Below are positions 46,907 to 57,198 of a stretch of 57,311 nt of DNA, in pieces. This DNA comes from an uncultured Bacteroidales bacterium (GTDB taxonomy: Bacteria > Bacteroidota > Bacteroidia > Bacteroidales > UBA932). Location: the NCBI GenBank assembly GCA_946545765.1, contig CAMNNS010000001.1, positions 1 to 57,311 on the forward strand. The letters run 5' to 3'. The position numbers and the translations under genes were made by a program. How positions within the stretch are numbered: position 1 is the first letter of the stretch; each line of letters begins with the position of its first letter. Under the pieces are notes generated by a model, which searched no databases, was not told the DNA's origin, and saw only the letters and a program-made list of their open reading frames with translations.

Positions 46907-48133
46907 TTATTCTTCAAAATTTTGCCACAAAAAATCATTAAAAGGATACCTGCCTTTTATAGTTTGACTTACCATTTTATAAAGGTCATTTCTAAGTTTA
47001 TCTATGCCTATTTTGTTTCTTGCTGATATAAAAATAGCGGGGATAATTTTACCATTTTTTTCATGTCTCTTCCATTGATTCTCCAATTCTTTTAGACTCA
47101 TATTACCCGGTTTATCTTCTACTAAGTCATATTCAGATTTTTGTTTATATGTATAAGCATCTATTTTATTGAAAACCATAAATATCGGTTTATCGCCTGC
47201 CCCTATCTCTTCTAAAGTATTATTAACAACCTTTATCTGATCTTCAAAATTTGGATGGGAAACATCTATCACATGAATCAAAAAATCTGATTCTCTTACC
47301 TCATCTAATGTACTTTTAAATGATTCAACTAATTGGTGAGGTAGTTTTCTTATAAAACCAACCGTATCGCTTAAAAGAAAGGGAATATTCTCTATAACTA
47401 CTTTACGAACGGTTGTATCTAAGGTGGCAAATAATTTATTTTCTGCAAAGACATTACTCTTTGACAATAAGTTCATTATTGTACTCTTTCCAACATTCGT
47501 ATAGCCTACTAAAGAGACTCTTACCATTCTCCCCCTATTCCCCCTCTGCACTGCCATTTGCTTATCTATTTTTTTAAGTTGCTCTTTAAGCAAACTTATC
47601 TTATCCATCACGATACGCTTGTCTGTTTCAAGCTGCTTCTCTCCCGAACCTCCACGAGTTCCCCTACCACCTCTCTGTCTTTCTAAGTGGGTCCACATTC
47701 CTGTTAAGCGAGGCAAAATGTATTGATACCTTGCAAGTTGCACCTGTGTTTTAGCATAGGCTGTTTGAGCCCTTAGATTAAAAATATCTAAAATCAATGA
47801 TGTTCTATCTAAAATTGGGCATTTTAGTTCTTTCTCTAAATTTCTCACTTGTGCCCCTGTTAGTTCATCATCAAATATTGCAAGGTTTATCTCATTCTCT
47901 GCAATATAATTTGCAATTTCTTCAATTTTTCCGCTTCCCACATAAGTTCGTGAGTTTGGAAATTCAAGTCGTTGATAAAATCTTTCTATTGTTTCTATCC
48001 CTGCGGTTAAGGCTAAAAATTGCAACTCATCAAGATACTCTTTTGCTTCAAAATCTGTAACTCCCTGTGTTATAGCACTTACAAGTATTGCTCTTTCTTC
48101 TCGCTCTTGTTGGATTGTTTTTATTTGAGACAT
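46907..48133 (-). CDS. hflX: GTPase HflX
   Basis: 408 aa with an HflX N-domain and G motifs GYTNVGKST, DTVGF and NKID. Confidence 0.9.
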   Translation of the reverse strand: MSQIKTIQQEREERAILVSAITQGVTDFEAKEYLDELQFLALTAGIETIERFYQRLEFPNSRTYVGSGKIEEIANYIAENEINLAIFDDELTGAQVRNLEKELKCPILDRTSLILDIFNLRAQTAYAKTQVQLARYQYILPRLTGMWTHLERQRGGRGTRGGSGEKQLETDKRIVMDKISLLKEQLKKIDKQMAVQRGNRGRMVRVSLVGYTNVGKSTIMNLLSKSNVFAENKLFATLDTTVRKVVIENIPFLLSDTVGFIRKLPHQLVESFKSTLDEVRESDFLIHVIDVSHPNFEDQIKVVNNTLEEIGAGDKPIFMVFNKIDAYTYKQKSEYDLVEDKPGNMSLKELENQWKRHEKNGKIIPAIFISARNKIGIDKLRNDLYKMVSQTIKGRYPFNDFLWQNFEE

Positions 48134-48198
48134 TTACTTTACTAATTTTTTGCAAGTTAATGCTTCTATAGAAAAAGTTTCCTATCTTTTTTATTTTG

Positions 48199-48546
48199 CT
48201 AATATTTAGGATTTTTGCCAAAACGATTTGCCCCTTTCTCTCCCTCTAAACATGCCCAATAAATCCAAATAATAGGACCTACTAATGGAATAAAGTTTAT
48301 AAAGATATATCCTCCTCCCTTACCAATATCATGTAATCTACGAACCGACACTGCTAAAACTGGCAAAAGAAGGAGAAGGGCACCTATTTCTGAAACTGTT
48401 GTAGAAATTAATCGCAATATTATTTGTAATACTATTACAAAAAGATAAAACCACCAATATTCACTTCTTCTTGCTCTTCCTTTAAAATCTACATACTTTG
48501 TGAAGCAAGTCTTTACAGCTTCTTGAAATTTCATTTGTTTTTCCAT
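48199..48546 (-). CDS. DUF805 inner-membrane protein
   Basis: 115 aa with GRARRSEYWWFYLF and VRRLHDIGK, the characteristic DUF805 motifs. It has 3 TM segments. Confidence 0.7.
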   Translation of the reverse strand: MEKQMKFQEAVKTCFTKYVDFKGRARRSEYWWFYLFVIVLQIILRLISTTVSEIGALLLLLPVLAVSVRRLHDIGKGGGYIFINFIPLVGPIIWIYWACLEGEKGANRFGKNPKY

Positions 48547-48671
48547 AGTAAATAATCTTAAATTTAGTTTCTCAATTTTATACCACTAATTTACTATTGA
48601 TTTTTTAATTTTACACACTTTTTTATCCTTAAGTACTTTTATTTTTTACAAAAAGGGACTCAATGGAGAAT

Positions 48672-48705
48672 AAAAAAGAGATGTCCCGTTTTGGCAACAT
48701 CTCTT
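48672..48705 (-). terminator. Intrinsic terminator after frdB
   Basis: A perfect 9-bp stem pairs AAGAGATGT (48676-48684) with ACATCTCTT (48697-48705). On the minus strand a U-tract follows (the plus-strand A run at 48672-48677). Confidence 0.7.
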
Positions 48706-48730
48706 TTGATTTGTGAGTAAAACACTATAC

Positions 48731-49561
48731 CTACTCTTTTAGCCAGCCTTTTAAGTACTCTCTGTTAAGTCTTGATATATGACTAATAGATACATGTTTA
48801 GGACATTCCATTTCACAAGCTCGAGTGTTTGTACAATTACCAAAACCAAGTTCGTCCATTTTAGCAATCATTTTTTTAGCTCTGCGAGTGCTCTCAATTT
48901 CTCCTTGAGGTAATAGGGCTAAAGAAGAAACTCTTGCCCCTACAAACAACATAGCCGAACCATTTTTACAAGTTGCCACACATGCTCCGCAACCTATACA
49001 AGAGGCAGCATCCATACTTTCGTCTGCTTTCTCTTTTGAGATAGGAATTGCATTCGCATCTTGACAAGCACCGGTTCTAACATCAACAAAACCACCAGCT
49101 TGCATAAGTTTATCTAAGGCACTTCTATCAACTACTAAGTCTTTGATAATAGGAAAAGCCGCACTTCTCCAAGGCTCAATTGTAATAGTAGAACCATCTT
49201 TAAATTTTCTCATAAAAAGCTGGCAAGTTGTAACCTCGTTTTCTGGACCATGAGCTCTTCCATTTATGTAAAGAGAACATGCTCCACAAATACCCTCCCT
49301 GCAATCGTGATCAAAACTTATTGGAAGAGGGGTGCCAGACTCTTTTGCTTTCTTATATTGTTCTCCTGAACAATCGCCAGAACCTTCGCAACCTTTACTA
49401 AATGCTACAGGGTCTGCGTTCTGAGAAACAAGCTGATCGTTAAGTATATCTAACATCTCAAGGAAAGAAGAATCAGGACTGATATTTTCTACCTTGTATG
49501 TCTCAAAATGCCCTTTAGACTTGGCATTTTTTTGTCTCCATACTTTTATATTAAAATTCAT
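48731..49561 (-). CDS. frdB: Succinate dehydrogenase/fumarate reductase iron-sulfur subunit
   Basis: 276 aa with Cys clusters DHDCREGICGACS, CIGCGACVATC and CTNTRACEMECP. Confidence 0.9.
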   Translation of the reverse strand: MNFNIKVWRQKNAKSKGHFETYKVENISPDSSFLEMLDILNDQLVSQNADPVAFSKGCEGSGDCSGEQYKKAKESGTPLPISFDHDCREGICGACSLYINGRAHGPENEVTTCQLFMRKFKDGSTITIEPWRSAAFPIIKDLVVDRSALDKLMQAGGFVDVRTGACQDANAIPISKEKADESMDAASCIGCGACVATCKNGSAMLFVGARVSSLALLPQGEIESTRRAKKMIAKMDELGFGNCTNTRACEMECPKHVSISHISRLNREYLKGWLKE

Positions 49562-49564
49562 AGA

Positions 49565-51514
49565 CTAATCTTTATAATTTCTTGTTGCTACTTTTATTCC
49601 TTCATATACAAGAGGTTCTTTATGTAGTTCTGGTTCAGCATTTTCTCCTTTATATTCCCATGCTGCAACATACATAAAGTTTTGGTCGTCTCTTTTTGCT
49701 TCTCCCTCTTCTGTTTGCATCTCTTCTCTAAAATGACCACCACAAGACTCTTTTCTTTGAAGAGCATCTCTTGCCATTAAGTCTCCTATTTCAAAGAAAT
49801 CTGCAAGGCGTAATGCTTTTTCTAACTCTTGGTTAAATTCCTCATTTTCACCTGCAACATATACATTCTTCCAAAATTCCTCTTTTAATTTTGCTATCTC
49901 TTCTATCGCCTTTTTAAGCCCCTCTTCTGTTCTTCCCATGCCTACATATTCCCACATAATATTTCCTAACTCTTTATGTAGTTGATCTGGCGATTTCTTC
50001 CCTTTTATAGAGAACAATTTTGCTATCCTGTCTTTAACAGCTTTTTCTGCTTGTTCAAACTCTGGAGCATTTGTGTCGGTTTTCGCCTCTTGGATTTTAC
50101 TTGATAGATAATTTCCTATTGTATAAGGAAGTATAAAATATCCATCTGCCAAGCCTTGCATTAGTGCCGAAGCACCCAAACGGTTTCCTCCATGGTCTGA
50201 GAAGTTTGCCTCACCGATAGCATAAAGTCCAGGAATTGTTGTTTGTAAATCATAATCTACCCAAAGACCACCCATTGTATAGTGAATTGCTGGATAAATC
50301 ATCATTGGCTCTTTATAAGCATCTACATCTGTAATTTCTTCGTACATCTGGAATAGGTTTCCATATCTCTCTCTGATTTTATCCTCTCCTAATCTTTCTA
50401 TTGCACTCTTGAAATCTAAAAATACAGCCCTACCTGTCTCATTTACACCAAATCCGGCATCACATCTCTCTTTTGCAGCTCTTGAAGCAATATCTCTTGG
50501 AACAAGATTTCCAAAAGCAGGATACCTCCTTTCCAAATAATAATCTCTCCTCTCTTCTGGTATTTGAGATGCCTTTATTTCACCTTTTCTTAACTTTTCT
50601 ACATCTTCCTTATGCTTTGGAACCCAAATTCTTCCGTCATTTCTTAAAGACTCACTCATAAGGGTAAGTTTTGATTGTTGGGTTCCGTGGACAGGGATAC
50701 ATGTTGGGTGTATTTGGGCAAAACATGGGTTTCCAAAATAAGCCCCTTTCTTATAACATTGCCAAGCTGCAGACCCGTTACTATTCATTGCATTTGTCGA
50801 GAGGAAATATACATTTCCATAACCTCCTGTTGCAATTACAACGGCGTGAGCTCCAAACCTTTCTATTTTTCCTGTAGAAATGTCTCTTGCAATAATTCCT
50901 TTAGCCTGACCGTTTATCAAAACTAAATCTAACATTTCATGTCTTGGATAAGACTTAACAGTACCTGCTGCAACTTCCTTGTTTAAAGAAGCATACGCTC
51001 CAAGCAATAGTTGCTGACCGGTTTGTCCTCTGGCATAAAATGTTCTACTAACTTGTGCTCCTCCAAATGAACGGTTTGCAAGAAGTCCACCATATTCTCT
51101 TGCGAACGGAACTCCTTGAGCAACACATTGGTCTATAATACTATTACTAACCTCCGCTAATCTGTAAACATTAGCTTCTCTACTTCTAAAATCGCCACCT
51201 TTAACAGTGTCAACAAAGAGTCTGAAAATAGAGTCGTTGTCGTTCTGATAATTCTTAGCAGCATTTATACCGCCTTGAGCAGCAATAGAGTGGGCTCTTC
51301 TTGGAGAGTCGCTGATGCAAAAGATTTTTACATTATATCCCATTTCTCCTAAAGATGCTGCTGCAGAGGCTCCTGCAAGCCCTGTTCCTACTACTATAAT
51401 TTCTAATTTTCTTTTGTTCGCAGGGCTAACAACCTTAATCTCAGCTTTCCGCTTGCTCCACTTTTCCGAAAGTGGACCTTCGGGTATATGAGAAATCAAT
51501 TTTGTATCTGTCAT
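49565..51514 (-). CDS. frdA: Succinate dehydrogenase/fumarate reductase flavoprotein subunit
   Basis: 649 aa with [12 protein letters not shown], the FAD-linkage His context [17 protein letters not shown] and HYTMGG. Confidence 0.92.
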   Translation of the reverse strand: MTDTKLISHIPEGPLSEKWSKRKAEIKVVSPANKRKLEIIVVGTGLAGASAAASLGEMGYNVKIFCISDSPRRAHSIAAQGGINAAKNYQNDNDSIFRLFVDTVKGGDFRSREANVYRLAEVSNSIIDQCVAQGVPFAREYGGLLANRSFGGAQVSRTFYARGQTGQQLLLGAYASLNKEVAAGTVKSYPRHEMLDLVLINGQAKGIIARDISTGKIERFGAHAVVIATGGYGNVYFLSTNAMNSNGSAAWQCYKKGAYFGNPCFAQIHPTCIPVHGTQQSKLTLMSESLRNDGRIWVPKHKEDVEKLRKGEIKASQIPEERRDYYLERRYPAFGNLVPRDIASRAAKERCDAGFGVNETGRAVFLDFKSAIERLGEDKIRERYGNLFQMYEEITDVDAYKEPMMIYPAIHYTMGGLWVDYDLQTTIPGLYAIGEANFSDHGGNRLGASALMQGLADGYFILPYTIGNYLSSKIQEAKTDTNAPEFEQAEKAVKDRIAKLFSIKGKKSPDQLHKELGNIMWEYVGMGRTEEGLKKAIEEIAKLKEEFWKNVYVAGENEEFNQELEKALRLADFFEIGDLMARDALQRKESCGGHFREEMQTEEGEAKRDDQNFMYVAAWEYKGENAEPELHKEPLVYEGIKVATRNYKD

Positions 51515-51630
51515 TTAATTTTGTTTAAAAAATCATTATATAAATTTCTCCACAATTTTAACCACTTTTTATTTTATTTCAAAGGTTTTATTGATTATAT
51601 TTGTGCAAATGATTAAATATCTTAATTCAA

Positions 51631-52203
51631 ATGAAAAAGTTTTTCTATATCGTTTCTTGTTTTATTCTCCTTACTTTTATCTCTCCATATGCACAAGGAC
51701 AAACTAAAAAAGAGAGTAGAAAAGAGAGAAAAGAGAGAATTGCCAAAATGGTAGATGATTTGTGTTCAAAAAGAGATTTCTTTGTTGCTGTTACAAGGCT
51801 TTGCCCTAAAAATGGGGTTGCACAAAATGTTATTTATACTACAGAAAGTGGATTATACGCAGATTTTAATGTTAATCGTTTTTCGTGCGAACTTCCTTAT
51901 AATGCTACAACGATAAGAAGTAGTACTCAAGCTTATTCAACTAATGATAATCTGCATCTTAGTTCAAAAAATCAGCCTGCAACGTTCATTGGAGGATGGC
52001 AAGCAAATTATAACTGCTACAGCTATAGAACAGTCTTTTGGAACAATAATGATTCAGAGGGTGTACAAGCTGTTCAAGTTACTATCACCGTTCAGATTTA
52101 TAGAAACGGAGATATTATTATGATGGCTGAATGGCCGGGAATGGAGCCAATGACATACATGGGTTCAATTATGGATAGACCCTCTTCTGCAATAGAAGAA
52201 TAA
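51631..52203 (+). CDS. Secreted hypothetical protein (possibly DUF4251-like)
   Basis: 190 aa with a signal peptide (ISPYAQG), a Lys/Arg/Glu-rich helix and then a beta-rich body. The DUF4251 resemblance is from memory only. Confidence 0.35.
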   Translation: MKKFFYIVSCFILLTFISPYAQGQTKKESRKERKERIAKMVDDLCSKRDFFVAVTRLCPKNGVAQNVIYTTESGLYADFNVNRFSCELPYNATTIRSSTQAYSTNDNLHLSSKNQPATFIGGWQANYNCYSYRTVFWNNNDSEGVQAVQVTITVQIYRNGDIIMMAEWPGMEPMTYMGSIMDRPSSAIEE

Positions 52204-52216
52204 ATACATTACATTT

Positions 52217-54613
52217 ATGAATAATAAAGTTAATATAATGTGGGGAATAGTTCTTCTAATCTCCACTTTTTTTTCACCTTTTAGCTTACAAGGACAAGAG
52301 TTACATAATAAGTTAGATAGGCTTATTCCCAAGGTTCAAAATTATAGTTTGAATAACAATGGCGATGTTTTTATTTTAGACTCAAAGACAACCATTATCT
52401 CTGAGAATAGTTTTTTAGCAAACTATCTGAATGACAGAATTAAAAATTGTATCGCGATACCATTAAAAGTATCTTCGTATAAAGCTAAAAAAAATAATAA
52501 AAAGGCTATTATATTAAGATGCGACAGCTCTGTTTTAAAAAATTTTAACGCTAACAGATATTATAAAAAAGAGGGCTATGTTTTAAATATCAATAATGAC
52601 TTAATAGAAATAATTGGAGAAGATTATGGTGGTATTTTTAACGGAATACAAACCCTTTTACAATTACTTCCAGAAGAGTGTTACAATTTTTCTAACAAAA
52701 AGTATATTAGCGAGATACCTATTAAGGGGGTAAAAATTTCGGATTATCCAAAATACAGATATAGGGGTTTTCATTTTGATGTTGCCCGCACTTGGAGAAC
52801 AAAAGAGGATGTATATAGGGTGATAGAGTATATGGCACATCATAAAATAAATAAATTCCATTGGCATTTAACAGATGATCAAGGGTGGAGAATAGAGATA
52901 AAATCTTACCCTTTACTAACAGAAAAAGGGGCGTTTAGAGGACCAAATGAGGCATTAAAACCTGTTTTATCAAGTGGCAATAAAAGATACGGAGGCTTTT
53001 ATACTCAGCAAGATATTAAAGATGTTGTAAAATTTGCAAAAGAAAGAAATATAGAGGTTATTCCAGAAATAGAACTTCCTGGTCATAGTAGAGCCGCTGC
53101 TTCGAGTTATCCCGATATAATATGCACATTACATAGAGATTCAAGTAGAACTACTGGTGTTTTCTCTAGACCTATTTGGTGTGTTGCAAAAGAGAGTAAT
53201 TATCAAATGTTAGACTCTATTTTTAGAGAGATGACCACTTTATTTGAAACAGACATTCTGAATATTGGAGGGGATGAGGTTAATCATTACAACTGGAAAA
53301 CTTGTCACGACTGCCAAGCATTAATGCAAAAAGAGGGGTTAAAAGATGAATATGATTTGCATAATTATTTTATAAAAAGATTGGATAAAATTGCACATAA
53401 ATATAATAAAAGAATAGCCGGTTGGGAAGAGATTATGGAAGCGGGAGAGCTTGACCCTGAAACAATTGTATATGTTTGGAAAAATGCTAAATTAGTAAAT
53501 CAAGCAGTTTTAGAAAAACATCCATACGTTCTACAAATCGGTGAGTATTCTTATTTTGATATGAAACAATCTCCTATAGAAAGAGGACATAATTGGGCAG
53601 GGGTTGTAACTTTAGAAAAATCATATATGTTAGACCCTATTAAAATGTCAACTCCTCCAAAAGAAGATTTAGAAACTGCAGGATTAACAAGTAGTGAGGT
53701 TGAGCAAAGGATAGATAAATATTTGTTGGGTGTTCAAGGTGGACTATGGGAAGAATTAGGAATAAATCCAGAAAATTTCTATGATTATCAATATTTTCCA
53801 CGAATGTTATCTATTGCTGAAATAGGGTGGGGGACTAATAATAAAATAACAAACTGGCAAGAGGCATTTAACGATTTTAATAATAGGATTATTTATTCTC
53901 ACTATAAAAGAATGAATAACATGGGAATAAAATATCGTGTCCCATATCCTGTTGTAACTGCTGATGAAATAGCAAATGTTTCTAATGATAAGAAATTATA
54001 TAAAATCTCTGTTGCTGAGCCATATAAAGATGCTGATATTAGGTATGCTATTGTTAAACCTCAAACAGAATTTTCTGGTATTAGAGGTATCAATGACACC
54101 ACAAATTATAAATACAAATACAGCGAGCCTATAATTACTTATGATATAGCAAAATATAGATTTGCAACATTTGTTTCTGATACTCTACATTCTATTGGTG
54201 TTGCTGTTTCAAATATGCCTATTTATAATCTTCAAACTCCATCGTTTGAAATAGAGACAAACTTAGATTATAAACCAGAAGCACTTGCTGCACTAAAGGA
54301 TTATGATATAAAGACAAGTTGTGCGTTTAATAATAGGATAAAAGCTGGTGATTATATCTATATTACTTTTGATGAACCTGTACAATGTTCTGTTATAGAT
54401 ATAATTACAGCAAGATACCCTGTGGATTTTTATGGAATAGTTGAAGGTTATGTAGATTATTCAGAAGATGGTATTACTTATAATAGAGGTGGAGATTTTA
54501 TAAGACACAGAGCTGTTACAGAGCCTAAAACAAAAGTAAAATATCTTAGGATAAATATTACAGGAGATGGTGATTCAAATTCTATCCATCTAAATGATTT
54601 AATTATTTATTAA
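52217..54613 (+). CDS. Beta-N-acetylhexosaminidase (GH20) with C-terminal discoidin-like domain
   Basis: 798 aa with a signal peptide. The GH20 catalytic signature is present (RGFHFDVAR, HWHLTDDQGWR, GGDEV). The C-terminal ~150 aa resemble an F5/8 type C fold. Confidence 0.85.
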   Translation: MNNKVNIMWGIVLLISTFFSPFSLQGQELHNKLDRLIPKVQNYSLNNNGDVFILDSKTTIISENSFLANYLNDRIKNCIAIPLKVSSYKAKKNNKKAIILRCDSSVLKNFNANRYYKKEGYVLNINNDLIEIIGEDYGGIFNGIQTLLQLLPEECYNFSNKKYISEIPIKGVKISDYPKYRYRGFHFDVARTWRTKEDVYRVIEYMAHHKINKFHWHLTDDQGWRIEIKSYPLLTEKGAFRGPNEALKPVLSSGNKRYGGFYTQQDIKDVVKFAKERNIEVIPEIELPGHSRAAASSYPDIICTLHRDSSRTTGVFSRPIWCVAKESNYQMLDSIFREMTTLFETDILNIGGDEVNHYNWKTCHDCQALMQKEGLKDEYDLHNYFIKRLDKIAHKYNKRIAGWEEIMEAGELDPETIVYVWKNAKLVNQAVLEKHPYVLQIGEYSYFDMKQSPIERGHNWAGVVTLEKSYMLDPIKMSTPPKEDLETAGLTSSEVEQRIDKYLLGVQGGLWEELGINPENFYDYQYFPRMLSIAEIGWGTNNKITNWQEAFNDFNNRIIYSHYKRMNNMGIKYRVPYPVVTADEIANVSNDKKLYKISVAEPYKDADIRYAIVKPQTEFSGIRGINDTTNYKYKYSEPIITYDIAKYRFATFVSDTLHSIGVAVSNMPIYNLQTPSFEIETNLDYKPEALAALKDYDIKTSCAFNNRIKAGDYIYITFDEPVQCSVIDIITARYPVDFYGIVEGYVDYSEDGITYNRGGDFIRHRAVTEPKTKVKYLRINITGDGDSNSIHLNDLIIY

Positions 54614-54626
54614 ATAAAATAGAAGA

Positions 54627-54684
54627 AGACCTACTTTATAACTCCAAATAAACGGATAATACAAAGTAGGTCTCTTTTTTATTT
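54627..54684 (+). terminator. Possible bidirectional terminator between GH20 gene and Ntn-hydrolase gene
   Basis: An 11-bp perfect stem pairs AGACCTACTTT (54627-54637) with AAAGTAGGTCT (54663-54673). The loop is unusually long (25 nt). CTTTTTTATTTT follows. Confidence 0.45.
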
Positions 54685-54702
54685 TAAGTTTTAGTTATAA
54701 TC

Positions 54703-55920
54703 TTAATTATTTAATATCGATTTGTATCCTTGTTCTGCTATAATAGATATTTTTTTGTAGAAATCTATTATTTCTCCTTTACTTAATTTCTCTTCTCTAA
54801 GTTTTAATATAAGAGGTTCACTCTCTTTAAGTATCTCTTTTTCTTTAATTTGTAATAATTGAGAATAGCCATCATTTTTAGAATTATATAATTCTGATAA
54901 TCTAAAATATTTTGGACCACTCCCTCTTTTTATTGGGAAAATTCTCTCTTTAACTTTTAAGCTAAGATCACAAATTAAACAATTAGATGGGGAATTATCT
55001 TTGCTAACAACAATAGAAGGTAACTCATTTTCCCCTTTAATAAAAAGAGGTAATAGAATAGATAGAGGACCGTAACCTATTGCAGACCAGAAAATAGTAT
55101 TTTGTGGATTTTCTCCTTTTTTAACTCCTTGAAAAATAGAAACTGCACTTGTAGAATTTCTTGAGATAAAATCTTGATCAATAAACCATCCGTTTGTATA
55201 TTTTAAAATTCCAGAATTAAGAACATCTGTACCTAATTGTGAATTATAAAAAGAGCGTGAAAGATTATTCATAATCCAGTCTGGTGTGAATTTTATTCCT
55301 TGATTAAATGCTTTATTTATAAGCATTTCTGCTGTTGAGTGACGAATATAACCTAAACCTTCATCTTCTCTTCCTGTAAAAGAAAAATTTGTCACTACTA
55401 AATACCCTTTTGGTGCAAGATCTGAATCGTTAGCATCTCTTTTTACCCAAGTTCGACTATTTACTTCATAGTATGCTGCTCCACCATCTGCATCTATAAC
55501 ACCAAAATTTGCCTCTACAGGCATAGGGCGTTTTAATGTATCTAAAAAGTTTTCAAAATCTTTTAAGTTTTTACAAACAGAAAGTGCATTATACATAAGT
55601 TCACCTTCTTTATCTTTTTCAAATTTTCTATCCTCAGGAATATCAATATTATAAGAAGCTGTATTCATTATACAAAAACCTACTTCATTACTCCCTGACC
55701 AAACTTCTCCACCTTTAGAAGGAGAGTTAACAAGTCCTATAAATGAATATTTTATCCCGTTAAAATATTGCATTCTATTATTTAATTCACCAGTATCTCT
55801 ATTTTTCCACATTAAAGGTCTTCCGTCTTTTGTAACTTTACCTGTAAAAATAGCTGATGTACAAGCAATTATATCTGTAAAAAACAAAGAAATAGTAATT
55901 ATTAAAAAAATCTTTTTCAT
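54703..55920 (-). CDS. Secreted Ntn-hydrolase-type cysteine peptidase/acyl-hydrolase (C69/C45-like)
   Basis: 405 aa. The signal peptide ends in a Cys (IIAC-TSAIFTGKVTKDGRPLMWKNRD), the pattern of N-terminal-nucleophile Cys hydrolases. The exact family is not assignable by eye. Confidence 0.5.
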   Translation of the reverse strand: MKKIFLIITISLFFTDIIACTSAIFTGKVTKDGRPLMWKNRDTGELNNRMQYFNGIKYSFIGLVNSPSKGGEVWSGSNEVGFCIMNTASYNIDIPEDRKFEKDKEGELMYNALSVCKNLKDFENFLDTLKRPMPVEANFGVIDADGGAAYYEVNSRTWVKRDANDSDLAPKGYLVVTNFSFTGREDEGLGYIRHSTAEMLINKAFNQGIKFTPDWIMNNLSRSFYNSQLGTDVLNSGILKYTNGWFIDQDFISRNSTSAVSIFQGVKKGENPQNTIFWSAIGYGPLSILLPLFIKGENELPSIVVSKDNSPSNCLICDLSLKVKERIFPIKRGSGPKYFRLSELYNSKNDGYSQLLQIKEKEILKESEPLILKLREEKLSKGEIIDFYKKISIIAEQGYKSILNN

Positions 55921-56154
55921 ATATTATTTATTAAATTTACTAATAATAGGAACAGTTAAAACTTATCTTATTCCTCATATTTGTTAAAATCTTTAATTTT
56001 TATTATTTGATTGTTATAAAAATATGTTTCTATTTTTCGTCTCCTTTTACTAACGCAACTCCTTTACTTAAAAAACTTCAACAGAATTAAAATTAAAAAC
56101 TTCTGTTTGTTCTTCAAAAAATAATAAAAAATAAACTTTTTTATATAATTATAT

Positions 56155-57183
56155 TTAAAATAGATATGGATCTTTATATATATTTATTCCTAAATGTTTA
56201 TAAGTAAGCTCTGTAACCTCTCTTCCACGTGGTGTTCTTTTTATATAACCTTCTTTAATTAAGAATGGTTCATATACCTCTTCTATTGTTCCAGCATCCT
56301 CTCCAACTGCTGTTGCAATAGTATTTATTCCAACAGGTCCACCTTTAAATTTATTTATAATTGTAGAGAGAATTTTATTATCCATCATATCGAGACCTCT
56401 TTTATCTATATTAAGAGCATCAAGAGCATATCGTGTTATATCAAGATCTATATCTCCATTTCCTTTAACCTGTGCAAAATCTCTAACCCTTCTAAGTAAT
56501 GAGTTTGCTATTCTCGGAGTTCCTCTACTTCTAAGAGCAACTTCATAAGAGGCTTTAGAATCTATTTTTATATTTAAAATTTTAGCAGATCTATTAATGA
56601 TTTGTTGAAGAGTAGATGTATTATAATACTCTAAATGAGAGTTTATTCCAAATCTTGCCCTAAGTGGAGAAGATAATAATCCACTCCTTGTTGTTGCACC
56701 AATTAAAGTAAAAGGATTTAAAGATATTTGAACAGACCTTGCACCAGGTCCTTTATCAATCATTATATCTATTCTGTAATCCTCCATTGCAGAATATAAA
56801 TATTCCTCAACTATTTTAGGTAAACGATGTATTTCATCTATAAATAATACATCACCTGCCTCTAAAGATGTTAATAACCCAGCTAAATCTCCCGGTTTAT
56901 CTAAAATAGGCCCAGAGGTAATTTTCATATCTACCCCCAACTCATTTGCAATAATAGTAGCTAATGTTGTTTTTCCTAAACCAGGAGGACCAAAAAGTAG
57001 AGTGTGATCCAAAGATTCTCCCCTTAGTTTAGCTGCTTTAACAAAAACTTTTAGATTTTCTACAACTTTATCTTGCCCAGAAAATTGATCAAATTCTTGA
57101 GGCCTAACTAAGGTTTCTATATCTTTATCACTTTCTATCTCTCTTGGATTAAAGCTCTCTATATTTTCATCTAAAATTGGCAT
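56155..57183 (-). CDS. ruvB: Holliday junction DNA helicase RuvB
   Basis: 342 aa with Walker A GPPGLGKTT, Walker B LFIDEIHR, sensor motifs and a C-terminal winged helix. Confidence 0.95.
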   Translation of the reverse strand: MPILDENIESFNPREIESDKDIETLVRPQEFDQFSGQDKVVENLKVFVKAAKLRGESLDHTLLFGPPGLGKTTLATIIANELGVDMKITSGPILDKPGDLAGLLTSLEAGDVLFIDEIHRLPKIVEEYLYSAMEDYRIDIMIDKGPGARSVQISLNPFTLIGATTRSGLLSSPLRARFGINSHLEYYNTSTLQQIINRSAKILNIKIDSKASYEVALRSRGTPRIANSLLRRVRDFAQVKGNGDIDLDITRYALDALNIDKRGLDMMDNKILSTIINKFKGGPVGINTIATAVGEDAGTIEEVYEPFLIKEGYIKRTPRGREVTELTYKHLGINIYKDPYLF

Positions 57184-57190
57184 AGTAACA

Positions 57191-57198
57191 CAAATATA
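57191..57198 (-). promoter_or_regulatory. -7 box TATATTTG upstream of ruvB
   Basis: On the minus strand, TATATTTG ends 7 nt before the ruvB ATG (57183). I saw no clean -33 TTTG. Confidence 0.4.

Noticed and set aside
56216-56231. Third CCACGTGG-containing site, in ruvB (TCTTCCACGTGGTGTT).
   Set aside because: Only 11/16 positions match the parS palindrome, with one good half-site. It is most simply a Pro-Arg-Gly codon coincidence.
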